From NCBI GenBank assembly GCA_001643675.2, contig LSRY02000045.1, forward strand, positions 1 through 64,000: a stretch of DNA of 64,000 bases. Direction: 5' to 3'. Of the stretch, positions 1 through 11,689 are shown one piece after another. The notes under the pieces were generated by a model. It worked only from the letters and a program-made list of their open reading frames with translations. It made no database searches and was not told the origin of the DNA. Both the position numbers and the translations under genes were made by a program. Source of the stretch: Monocercomonoides exilis PA203 (taxonomy: Eukaryota; Protista; Preaxostyla). The first letter of the stretch is position 1, and each line of letters opens with the position of its first letter.

Positions 1-170
1 AGAAAGAAAGAGATGAAGAAGAAGCAAGCGGAAGTGAAAAAGAACCAATCTCACAAGTTAGAAAATTATGATCGCAGTTTGAATGCATCTGAATGGATAT
101 GAAATTGAGTTGTTTGCACGACTGGATGGTTGACAAGAAAAAGGGGAAATCTGAATAGTCAATTTTGCAA

Positions 171-3100
171 CTCAACAACCTTGCCAATTCTTGTTGTTAA
201 TATGCCGAGCAGAAAAGAAATTGATTTCTAACTATATGGCTGCTGTCTGGTGCTCGTGATGAGCATGAGATAATTAGAGGGAGAAAACATCGACAATGCT
301 CTGTTCATCATTCAGCACCTGGATTGCATGACTTGTTAATCACTTGAATAAATTATATTTTGTTGAAAAGTGAAAGAAAAAGAATAACAATGCCAAATCT
401 TGTTTTGGTCATGTCACAAAATTGTTGCACTTTTGATCATGTGCTTTATTCTTCTCATATTGGTGTCATCTTTCAATATTATTGTGAAGTTCAAAGCACA
501 TACAAATGGATTATTTTCATTTATCAAAATTCGCTTTTTCACTTGTGCATCATCTTCGCTTTCCATGTTTTCAAACGTTTTTCTTCTTCTTCGTATTCGC
601 CAATACTGATCTGGGAAATTGGATCAACATCCTCAACATCCCAAAGAGACAAAACAAGATGATTCTCTTGTGTTTGAAAGGCATTTGTCTTCACCTGATA
701 TCTCTCTTTTCTGCCATTCTATCATCATCTTCTTCTTCTGTTTCTATTTGTTATCTTCATCAACATTGTTGGGAAGAGCCCATCTGATCCCAAGAAAATA
801 TATCAATGAGAATGAGCAGGATTGTTTTTTATCATTCCTTTTTGTTAATGAAAGGAAATATCACAAAGCTCTTTATGAATTGGAGTCATCAAGGCCAATC
901 ACGTGAGCACTTTGGCGATCATCAGGGTTGTGAGTCCATGGAAAGGTATGGAAAGAAGAGAGAATGCAAAAGGCGAGAAATGAGAAGAGGAATTATTAAG
1001 AATCTGTTTGTGAATGAAGCCTTGCATGAAGCAGAAGGAAAGACAGGATGGATTTTTTTGAGAGGGATTGTCAAAGAAGTTCTTTGAACTGAACAAGGAT
1101 CGAATTGACAGTTGGTGTGCCTGAGTGGATTTTGAGCAGGATACACATTCTTTAGCCTTCTCATAAGTCTTAATGCAATTATGTTCCATTTGGAATGAGA
1201 GATGGTTTTGAATATATTTGAGGATATGGTGAGACACTTTTCCTGATAGAAATGGTGGAACCAGTTCTTGCAGTTTGTTTTATTCGACAAAAGACATCTG
1301 GCAAAACGGGAAGGATGCATTTGTGGAGAATGGGAAAACAGGAGAGTTTTGAGGGGATGGAGGAATGAGATGTCTCGTCCAGAACGAGTTGGGAGAAGGG
1401 AGCAGAGGGAAATGAAGGTGAAAGAGCAAGGAGGAATGGCGGATGAAACTCAGTTTGTGAGGGGAGGAGAAAGAAGGGTCAGTTGATTTATTAATCATTT
1501 TTTATATGAGTTGTTGTTTGTCTTGTGGTGTGGCTGCTCATCATTGATAACCTTGGGAAATGTGTGTGGAGAAGGTTGTGTTGCCTTTGGCATTCCCTTT
1601 TGATATTTGTGTTTTTGGGGAATGTGTGTCTGTGAATGAGCAAAAAGAGGGAATGATGTTGTTGGGAGTGATAGAGATGTGTCTGCTTTGCAATGAGGAA
1701 GAGGAAGAGGAAGAGGAAGGTGATGGAAGGGGCAGTTGGCAGTCTGCTTGAGGGGTCTTTTAAAGGGAGAATGAAAGAAGAAAAGCAGAGAGAGGCAGGG
1801 GATTGAGATGGAATGGAAAGGAAAGGAAGGAGGAAGAAGGAAGAAGAAATGTGAAGAGAAAGATGTTGTGGCTGGGCAAATGAAATGGGGTGAGGAGTGT
1901 TTGTGGGTGTGATGATTCCACGCTCAGCAAGGTTGTTGGCAATGTTGATGGTTGTGATGGATGCTGTGTGTTTTGGAGCAGAAAAGTTGGGGAAAGCAGA
2001 CAGAAGAAATGGGAGAGGATGGTGAGTGGCAGGCAGTTGGAGGGGGTGAGGATGAAGCGGAGGAAAGGATGCTGGATGGGCATATGGCTGATGGAGCAGA
2101 TGTGTTTGTTGAGAGGGGTTGAGGGGCAGTTGTGTTTTTGGAAGGGAGAGGAAAGAAGAGGGAGATGGAGAACATATGGAGGGTGTGGAGCTTGTTGGAA
2201 CAAGAGAAGGAAGATGAAGGATAGGATTGCATTTGAATTGTGATAAGCATGAAGGGATTGGAAATATCCTTGAAAATTCACAAAAAAATATTGTAATTTT
2301 TCAGAGGGATTTCAAACACTTTATTCTCTGTTTTGTTCTCATTCACATCGTTGATTTCTTTTCGCTCAGTTCCACTCAAAACATATTTTTATCTGTCTGT
2401 TTGTGTGGCATTCCCTGTGGAAAAAAAAATATAAGGGAATCAACACACATGATTGTCTTTGGAAAGGAGCCAGCGCAAATGAATTCTTTAGAAATGGCTG
2501 AGAAATTGGATTTGGAGGAGTCTGGACACACAGAAACCAGGGGAATGGCATTTTTCTTTTTTATAAATAATAATAAAAATATATTTACAATTACAAAAAA
2601 ATATTTTTCTCAAATAGAATAAGGAATTGGTTTATGCAATCAGATCAAATGAAAACAGAAAAAGCGGAAAGCGTGTTGAGAGAAGTTTTGCAACTTGGAG
2701 TGGACACGGCGCATGGCACCCTCTGAGGGGTGCAACTCGATCCTTGAGGTGGTACTGGTGATGAGCCTCTGGGCTGACTGGGAAATGGGGCAGCGATTTA
2801 TCGGCCAGATGGCTGTGCCTGTGCATGGAGCATGTTTGCGATGCCTCTTTCTATGTGCTGTGCTGGAAATGTGTTGTGAGTTGGCGGTATGAGTGGGCTT
2901 GTGGGGCAGCTTGGTGTCGGTGGGTGGCGTTGTTTCTTTTCAGAATGTTATCTTTTCAGCCAGGGTGGTGGAGGTGTGCCATTTTGTTTGCCTCTCGAGG
3001 GAGCTGTTGATGTGTTGCACCTTTTTTGTGTCTTTTTTTCCGTATTTTATTTCTCAGCAGGGCGCAGCTGGGGATGTTTTGCAACAGAAGAATTTTTCGA

Positions 3101-3332
3101 TGATCGGGGTTCCTGTGTGGGCCAAAACGGCGGGGGATGCGATAGGAGCAATGAAAACTGCGATTGGGAGGGGTGCAGTGTGGTGACGAGGGATGCAGCA
3201 AAATTTTGTTTTTTCATCTCAACGGCAGTTCTGGCGGCTGTGGCAGCGCCAGCGCAAATACGGATGATTTTATTGGATGCTCTCCTTCAGATCTGGGATT
3301 TGCCGTTATTTCAGCCAGCAAAAATATTTCGA
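171..3332 (+). pseudogene. Heavily decayed member of the cysteine/beta-helix surface-receptor family (outer part of arm; mirrored at 14936-18230, minus)
   Basis: Only short broken ORFs. The right-arm copy still reads CGAAQQPCQF (family CG-x-PC motif, ORF 18045-18230). Other remnants include EGKTGWIFL and SLVSVGGVVSFQNVIFS. Confidence 0.5.
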
Positions 3333-4760
3333 CTCCAACTGCCCACTCGACACACTGAACAGCGTCGTTGAAATCGAAGAAAGAGAATTCGTCCCAATCA
3401 CACTCACTGTCTTCCCTCTCCCAACAACAGAAATCTTCTTTTCCCCAACACTGATCGTCGCCCCTTCGCTCACATGCCTCCCACCCAGCAACGTGATTGT
3501 GGAGCTCAGCTGCGCCATGCTCGACCCCACTGCATGCCCCACTGTCTTGCAAGGTGCTGCCTCACTCATCCCACACAGATTGTTTGCGTCATCTCCACTC
3601 ACTCCAACATAAATCGTTTTGTCCTTCAGCCAATCCTTCTTTTCTGTATGCTGATACACCCAATTGTTTCCGTTATAATATTGGTAGTACACTCTCGTAT
3701 CATTGCTATTCGTTGTGTACGATTCGTAGAATGGGTTAGCCGATGAAAAAAGATTGTTTCCATCATAAAAATGCACATCATGGCCATATGGAGTGGAATT
3801 ACTGCAACTGCAATCATGGAAGAAGAAGAAATAGCAATAAATGTTGTTGCTTGGAGCTATTTGTTGGTTTGGATCAAATCTCATTCCTCCGCCATATGAT
3901 AATGCGCTGCACGAAATAAACTGGAGGCTCCTCATTTTGAATGCAGCTGGAACATTGAAACAGCACATCCCTCCGCCACTAGTGCTTGAAAGTGAGCACG
4001 AAGTGAATAAACATTCAAACACACAAGCACTCTCCCCTTTGTCGTTTTCTGTTCCAATACAGGAAGATCCAGAAACATTAAAAGTTTGAAGATAAAGGCC
4101 TCCTCCATAACCACTTGCTTTGCATTTCTGAAATTCGCACCCACTGATCCTGACGCATGACGAAATCGAATAAATGTCAATTCCTCCGCCTTCGTAGTTC
4201 TGAGCTGTGCAAGCGTTGAACGAAGTATTCTCGACCGTAATGGAACATATTTCATATGCTGTTATTGCTCCTCCGCCATAATACGCGTAGCAGTCGTTGA
4301 ACGAGCAATGTTTTACAGAAAGTGTTCCCGATGAAAGACCGTATATATTGATTGCCCCTCCATTTGAAGCTCTGTCTTCATATTCATCATTTTCTCCAGT
4401 AGTTTTTGAGCCATTCCACACACACCAAGTGAACGAATTCGCCCCATCATCTGATATCTGCTGTCTCGCTGGTTTCGATGGATTCCCCTCACTCCCGCTG
4501 ACTGCAACATTCTGAGAGCGATAGCATCCGACAAATGAGGTGTTCGAGGCAGCCGAGGAAGATGAAGGGTTGTTAAGCAAAGGCAGAAGATTTTATAAAA
4601 GGAAATTGACTGAAGATGAAGAATCTTATTGCTTATCTGAGACGTTAGAAAAGACAAAAAGAGAGCGTGACGCAAGGGATATGACGAGCAATGGAAGAAT
4701 GGGGCTGAAGAAATGCAAAAAGAAGAGAAATGCGACTTTTCCTTCGAAAGCACTTTCTCC
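3306..4760 (-). pseudogene. Truncated N-terminal-domain fragment of Pmp-like/beta-helix surface receptor (424-codon open core)
   Basis: Motifs GGAI/GGGI/GGGL, FxxC and LCGMSEAAPCKT. The ORF starts at TTG, the upstream homologous segment (SHFSSFCISSAPF) is out of frame, and homology to the 612-aa paralog ends abruptly after SSGQLE. No signal peptide or TM. Confidence 0.8.
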
Positions 4761-6759
4761 TCTCTTTTATTTTTATCATTGCTGTTGAAAGGATTGTCAT
4801 TTTTGTCAAGATTTTATTGTTGAAAAAAATAATAAGACAGTTGGTTCAATTGAAAGGCATTGTCAGCACTTGTCAAATAATTTTTTTAATTCAAAGAGAA
4901 ATTGAGAGTTTCAAAAGCTAAATGCCAACGGCCAAAATGCGCATAAACTTTTCTTGAAAGACTCGTTTTGGAATCAAATTTATTGTTTTGCTTTTATTTT
5001 ATTTATTGAATATGAAAGTGAATGATATGATGATGTTTTCAAATGGGACGAAATTTTTTGCTTTATGAATTTTGTTCCACTCATTTCTTTCAAAGATTTT
5101 TCTCCACTTTTTTATATTTCTCATTCAATAGAGCACAGTAATGTCAGTTTTATGATTATACGATTGCAAAAAATTTTGGAACAAATCATTGAATTTTTCA
5201 TAAATGTAAGAATTCTGTCCCAAATGGTGAAAATTCTATTTTGTTCTTTTCTTTTTGTTTTTATCCAAATATTTGAAATAAGTATTGATTGAATGTTTGC
5301 AGCAAATCGAAATGAATAATTTTCATTGATTCGTTTCATTTTCACTTGATATTTTTTAAAAATACATTTATTTATAAAAATTTATTATTATTTTATATTC
5401 AATATTTCCATAAAAAAATCATAACTTTGAACAAATTTGTCTTTTGCTTTTATTTATTTTCGAAAAAGATAGTTATTTAAATAGCAACAGAACGTTTGTA
5501 ACACTTGGCCAGAATATCATTTCTTCAAACAAATCTTTTTTCACAATATTCAAACACTCATAAGTTCGCAGATGAGCCTTTTCACCGTTTATTATTCAGA
5601 AGAAATACAAATGAATTATTTTCATTAAAAAATGTTCTTATAACATTCGGTTTGTCGAATGAATGTTTCAAACAAAATAGGATTCGATATTCAATTTCTT
5701 TTCTCTTAAAATCAAAGATAATTTGAAATTTGATTTTCTCGTAAATTAGCAGATTCTTTTTTTCAACAAAATTCTCTTGACCCTTCACATGATAAAACTG
5801 TTATTGTCCATGTTGATGATATATTTATTCAGAATTGATTTCTCACCTCTTATCTTATCTTGTCTTGTCTTGTCTTGTTTATTTATTCAGTAATTTGATA
5901 GTCAAAAATCCAGTCTCATTCAAATAATCATTTATCATTGTTTTCATTATCGTTTGTTGATTTGAGATTTGGGTGATTCCTTTGTGGCATCACACTATTT
6001 CTATCATAAGAATTCATTTCGATAAATCAATTTGAAGATCATGAAGATGAAACCAAGCAGAACTATTGATGAGTTTCTATTTGTTTTCAGATTGTTGTCT
6101 TTCAGTTATTTTCAATGATTCAATAATTGATGATTTCAATCCACTGAACAATTCATTGCAATCTGTTTGACCCAATGATCGAATGTTGGTTATTATTGGA
6201 GAACAGAATTATCATTTTTGATTTCAAAAACACTCACCCATTTTCAAGAGTTAATCTCAAAATCCAATTCATTTTGACATTTGTTTTGAAATTTGAGGTT
6301 GTTCACGGACCATTTTTCATTTTTTTTTGTACAATGATTCAACAATTTATTTATCTTTTTGAATGAACTGAAACATCTTTTTCGAAAAAATGAAAAATTC
6401 TTTTAAATATTTTCTTGAAGGATCATTTGGAATTATATTAAAATCATCTTAATTGATCACTTGTTTTTTTGGAGTATTTTTTTTTCGAGTTTTTATTGTT
6501 TATTATCACTCAAATACAATGAAACACATAGGCCTTTGCGACAGACCGACTTTTTTCTCTGCTCGACAAGTCGACCGACAAGACAGTCACAAATATTTCT
6601 ATTTTATTTTATTCGAAAAATATATTTTTATATAACTTTTTTGAATTATATTCTGCTCGTTTTTTCAAAAATATATTTCTTATTGCATTTGATAATTAAC
6701 AACATTATTTAATATTTCATTTTTTTCGAATAATTACAAAAATTGCATTTTTAATGGGT

Positions 6760-6840
6760 TATCGACAGATCTTTGTCGAGATCAGTCTGTCGAAAGATCA
6801 GTCGGTAGAAAGATCAGTCGGTCGAGATCACTTTGTCGAA
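6760..6840. repeat. Subterminal short-repeat cluster of the hAT-like element (AGATCAGTCGGT / TGTCGA units)
   Basis: ATCGACAGATCTTTGTCGAGATCAGTCTGTCGAAAGATCAGTCGGTAGAAAGATCAGTCGGTCGAGATCACTTTGTCGAA. The related motif TCGACCGACA occurs at ~6571 and ~11626. Confidence 0.7.
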
Positions 6841-7075
6841 TGCATCTTCTTTTGAAAATGTCACTTCATTTCAGAAACAGACAATGATATCTTTTAATTT
6901 ATAATATCATTTAATGATTGGAAAATTTAAAGAATTTTACGTAAATGAAGAGATTGTCTGTTTTGCATATATTATTATTAGTCCAAAATCACATTTCGTT
7001 AAACACTTTATCTGCTTTCAGATATATGCGTTGTTGATGTTATTATTTTTGAAAATAGTTTAAGAAAATATTCCA

Positions 7076-8075
7076 TAGGGCTGTAATTTTATCTTGACCT
7101 TTTTTCTTTATCTTGACAATTTTCTTTTTGTTATGCTTTCAGCTATACACAAGCTTGTGATAAATAAAAAATAACCAGAAATGTTTGAAATGTTTTTATT
7201 TCCTTATTCTGTATTTTTTTCAATATTTCTTTTTTTAAATAAGATCGAGGATTATAATAATTTTATGTTCTGATCAATTACTTGCTGCTTTTCCAGCGAA
7301 TATTTTTTATCGGAAGTTTTAAGTTTTCATATCATAATACATCGTTTATTTTTATAAGTTGAACTTGTTTTAAACTTTCTCAACTTGTTTTTTAACACTT
7401 TTTCTCATTTCACACATTTTTTCAAAAACACGATTTAAAGGACAAATATGAATTTGTTTTGTAATTTATTGAAATGATAAATAAACATTATTATAATAAA
7501 AGATTCTTGTTTATTTAAATGATAAATTATTTGTATATGTTTGGTAATTTGAAACACAAAAATGATATACACATGCTTTTCAGTTCAAATTCTTGAAAAG
7601 TTCCTTTTCATTTCAATGCTTAATGCAAATAAACAATAAATAAGATTTTGAATATTTTTTCATTTAAATAAAATTTGACACAAACACTTGTTTATTAAAA
7701 AAATCGTGTTTTAAGCAAAAACAGTGAAATGAGAAAAAAAGGTCAAAAATTAAATTGAAAAAGTTAAAAACAAGTCAAAATAATAATATAGGAGTGAAGA
7801 ATTGTGATGCTATTGCTTAAAACGTTCAGTATGAAATATTCGTTTCACAGCCAGCAAGTCTTTGATCTGGGTCCTAAAATAAAAAAATTTAAAATATTAT
7901 TTGGTACATAAAAATATCAATTTTTTTCTACAGAATTCTGAAAATCATAAATATCAAGAAGTCTATTAATTTTGTTTTTGTTTTAAGCCTTTTCATAAAT
8001 CAAAAAAGCAAAAAATAAGTTTTAAAAAATAGGGTTGAGATAATAAATTGAGGTCAAGATAAAATATGCACCCTA
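7076..8075. mobile_element. 1-kb degenerate foldback/MITE-like element nested in the hAT element
   Basis: Imperfect 25-bp termini TAGGGCTGTAATTTTATCTTGACCT vs revcomp TAGGGTGCATATTTTATCTTGACCT. Inverted similarity continues internally (TTTTTCTCATTTCAC ~7400 / GTGAAATGAGAAAAA ~7724; AAAACACGATTT ~7425 / AAATCGTGTTTT ~7701; ACTTGCTG ~7280 / CAGCAAGT ~7852). Flanking 8-mers match only 5/8. Confidence 0.7.
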
Positions 8076-8473
8076 ATAATAAAATATATCAGTTTTGAAA
8101 ATAAACATTTAAATTTTGAAAACAAAAGGTTGACATGCGTAATAGGTTTGATGAAGTTCATTTTTTTTATAATTAAATACTATTAATAAAGAAAGAAGTT
8201 TGACAGAGTTGTTTGTGATACTGAAGGAAATTTGAAATTATTCGTGAAATTGTGTGCACAATAATTGCTATTTCAAGATGAAATATGAAACATTCAAAAT
8301 GATATCAAAGGAATGAGGGATACTTATGAGAAGAACAGAATTCAATCATAACTAAATAAAAATGAAAAGATAAAAAAGATACGAAAGATTTTTGAAGGAA
8401 AAAAGCTTACGTTTTCAAAAAAAGAAAGAAAAGAAGAAAATGTTGTATTGAAAATTTATATCATTGAAATCAT

Positions 8474-8900
8474 TTGATAGACAACCAGGAAGTCCACACA
8501 CTTACGCTTCAAGAGGTTTTCAGGGTAGAGGAAGGTGAACTCAGGCTAATGATAGCGTCATCGCAAAACAAATATCGCTGTTTTGCATTGGCCATTTCAC
8601 GAGCGCATAGCAAGGGATTCATGCACATAGATGCAAAGCCTAACAATACATTGACTCTGCCTGCGAAAATTTGCCCAACGTTGTCTCATTTAGCTTTGTT
8701 TGAACAATGTTCTTCTTCTTTTTCTTTTCATTCATCGATTTACCCCGGATTTATACGAGCAAAGTTTGGAACTGAGATTTTCATAGTCGGTTTTCTACAC
8801 AATTTCGATCTGATATGTCTGCCACAATGGGAGCAGAGATCCTAGCTCCTCACTCGTCATCTTGGTTCTTTCGATTCGTGGAATCAATGCTGGATTATAC
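8474..8900 (+). pseudogene. Decayed protein-kinase fragment carried inside the hAT element
   Basis: AISRAHSKGFMHIDAKPNNTL resembles kinase subdomain VIa/VIb (H-x-D-x-K-P-x-N). MGAEILAP follows in another frame (subdomain VIII-like). No full domain. Confidence 0.45.
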
Positions 8901-11555
8901 GATATTGCAAAATGCATTCTTCTATGCGTAGAAATGAATATCATTTGAGCTGAAAACTGGAAGTGTTTAGAACCGAAGAATTCAAATATAAAGATGCAAA
9001 GGCTGATTCAGGAGTCCAAGGGTGTGCTGCCAAACTGGCTGAGAAGCAAAGGCAATGAACAATGGATAAAAAGATGCATTAATGAATATGGAAAGCTCCT
9101 GGAGCATTTCTTCGATAAACTCATGCTCGCAAAGTCCATATTGACGATTGCCTATTCGTAGCCTTCGCAGATTATTCACGAGATGCTGTTTGACGCTGCG
9201 ATTCATTCTCTTCTTTCTGCAGTATCTGAGGCGATTGCAACTTATTCGTTATTGCAGCCAACAAGAGAAAACAAACTGTTGCTGAGTGAAGTGGAGTAAT
9301 TCATCGATTGTTGACTGACGTTCAACATATAGAAGGATATGGTAACAGAAGTGTCAGAATTCCGCTCGTTTCTGAGTCAAATAACATCTCAACAGAAACT
9401 CGAAGGCGGATATAATAAATACTGATTCTGAATCGAAATCTTCATCTTCATCTTCTTCTTTCCTAATTCAAATCAGCTCACATTTTCATGTTAATGTCTA
9501 TCCAAACGAATAAAATTAATGATACATGTTCATTCTTTAGCCATTTGTACTATTATCGAAATGGAAGAGATACAGCGTTTGAACAAAACATCTGACGAAT
9601 TTAATGTGAAGTCAACTTCAATCAACACTCTTGAAGTGGTTGTGTTTTATAAAAACATAGCAAGCAAAAAAGATAGAAAAGCTAATGAGTCAAAAGATGG
9701 CGATGGAATTATTGATGAGAACAGCAGATTTATCTGTATAAATTATATAAAAACATCTTATTCAAGAAATAGCTGAAGATGGAAAAAAAGATGAATTTAT
9801 ATGGAGAAAGAAAAAGAAAAGAAGAAAGAGAAAGAGAGAAAGAGAAAGAAAGAATGAGTATATAAAAACAGATGGATTTGGAAATTCAAGAATTTTTGTG
9901 GATACTGAACGGAGAAGGAGGAGCGGAAGAAAATGAGATATACGAAGAGAAAGAAGTTCCAAAGACTGTGCAAGTGATTCATTTCTCAGCGGGAAAGGCC
10001 AAGAACATTCTTCAGTATGAAAAGATCAAAAAGGCAGAAAAATAAAATTTCCAACCTGACGAACTCAATTCTCTTTATTTGATAAATGGAATATTTTCGA
10101 TTTTTGAAACATCCTGGACAGTTGTTGTTTTGTCACTTCTGACAAACAAAATTGAATTTCCAAAACATTCAAAATGATACATGCTTTATTTGCTTCATCT
10201 TCTGTACTTTCATCCGCACCATTGAAATGTGGCTCGCTTCCATCTTCTCAGCATTCAAAACAAATAAAGATCAAGTGAATACAAGCACATTCCAATCTGT
10301 ATTCGAAAGAGAATCAAGATGCTTCGCAACATGCTTTTTTCCGCACTCATTTTTCTCTCAAAACACCATTTTCACGTTCTTAATAAAAGGCCAAAAAAGA
10401 TTTTGCTTTGCTATCCAGTTACAGATGCTGACAGGCATTGGAACTCGACTGAAGGAAAAAGGAGGATATATTGTTCTGTTCGAGATGCATTTTTTCCCAT
10501 GCAGCAGAGAAGGTAACCTGGCTAAAGAATTGTCTCAATTGGAAACACGAATTGGAAGGACAAACAGAACATCAGCTTCTCGAAACAGCATTTAGTGTTA
10601 ATATTCTTTTCTCAATTCAAGTGATACCAATGCTCCGCTTTCTCCTCGCTCTTATGAACGCTCATCTCTCCCATCCTCAGATGAATCATTGAATCTGATA
10701 CCTTCATTTCCATTCACAGTGCTCCATCTCTCACACAATTTTTTCTTTTGCTGACTATTTGCACAGGAAATGGAAATATAACGTAATATGAAACAATTGA
10801 GCCGCTTTGAACAATTCCACTATTCTCAAAAGACCGCAGGAATCCTGTTCTGATTTTCTCCTTGCGAACGGAACCCGTTTCAATTTACATCTTTTGTTCC
10901 TTCGTTTTTTTTAAACAAGGACAAATTGTTGAAGCAAGAACTTCCGTTTATTGTTCCAACATTCTTTCTTGCAACTTATAAAAATCCAACGATAATGCAT
11001 TCCACATGTTCTTCCTATTTTTAAAAACAACAGCTTAACATCAATCCAACAACAGCCGCTCAAAATCAGATTTCCTCTATCGTTCACATATTTAGTTTCA
11101 TTGTTGGCCTCTTGCTTCAGTCGATTTAAAGTGGAAAAGATAGGTCATTAAATGATGCTGAAGGACAAAAAAAGACTTCATGAAATGAATATTGACAACA
11201 CAGCTTTATTTTGCTTGTTTTACATATTTTTGAAAATTCCAGCTGAATCTGAAAGTTATTTAAAATCAAATTATTGTTTTTGCATTTGATAATAATATTT
11301 GTCTTGTGTTTGAATGTGATTTTTATGAGTTATTGCAATACCTTGCACTGATAATATCTGTATTTTTTAACTGAATTAATAAGTATTTTGAGATTATTTG
11401 ATTGCATTTCACTGAAAAATGAGTTCTTGAAAAATCAAAACTTAACTTCTTGCGCATGAAATGTGTGTTAAAATAATTTGCAAAAGAAAAATTTTGCAAC
11501 TTCAAAAGTTAAAAGCGAAAACTGTTAAAAATACATTTCAAATAGCTAATTTCAG

Positions 11556-11603
<48 letters not shown>
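11556..11603 (+). repeat. A48 homopolymer near the right end of the hAT element
   Basis: Direct count of an uninterrupted A run. Confidence 0.95.
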
Positions 11604-11608
<5 letters not shown>

Positions 11609-11689
11609 GACACAGGTTTTTTTTTTCGACCGACACAATTCGCTAAATATTTCCTTGTCGCAAAGGCCTAGAAACACATATTAATGAAT

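Larger units (their letters stand above)
171..6500 (+). repeat. Left arm of ~6.3-kb inverted repeat (near-identical core ~1201-6240, diverged edges)
   Basis: Reverse complement of ~11690-18151. Many ORFs are mirrored exactly: 3306-4580(-) = 13688-14962(+), 5582-5788(-) = 12475-12681(+), 2889-3371(+) = 14897-15379(-). CTCAACAACCTTGCCAATTCTTG at 171 pairs with 18129-18151. Confidence 0.95.
6529..11670. mobile_element. Non-autonomous hAT-type DNA transposon (5142 bp)
   Basis: Perfect 15-bp TIRs TAGGCCTTTGCGACA (6529-6543) and TGTCGCAAAGGCCTA (11656-11670), flanked by an exact 8-bp direct repeat GAAACACA (6521-6528, 11671-11678). Subterminal TCGAC/CCGAC repeats are present. An 8-bp TSD with TAG-starting TIRs is typical of hAT. 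No intact transposase ORF. Confidence 0.88.

Noticed and set aside
6760-6840. CRISPR-like short repeat array
   Set aside because: Units are ~12-15 bp, nearly contiguous and lack unique spacers. No cas genes, and the context is eukaryotic. Better explained as transposon subterminal repeats.
10319-10516. Possible hAT transposase remnant (CFFPH and HWNST, resembling CxxH and RWNS)
   Set aside because: The motifs are in different frames, the spacing is short and no other transposase motif was seen. Needs a tBLASTn hit to be credible.
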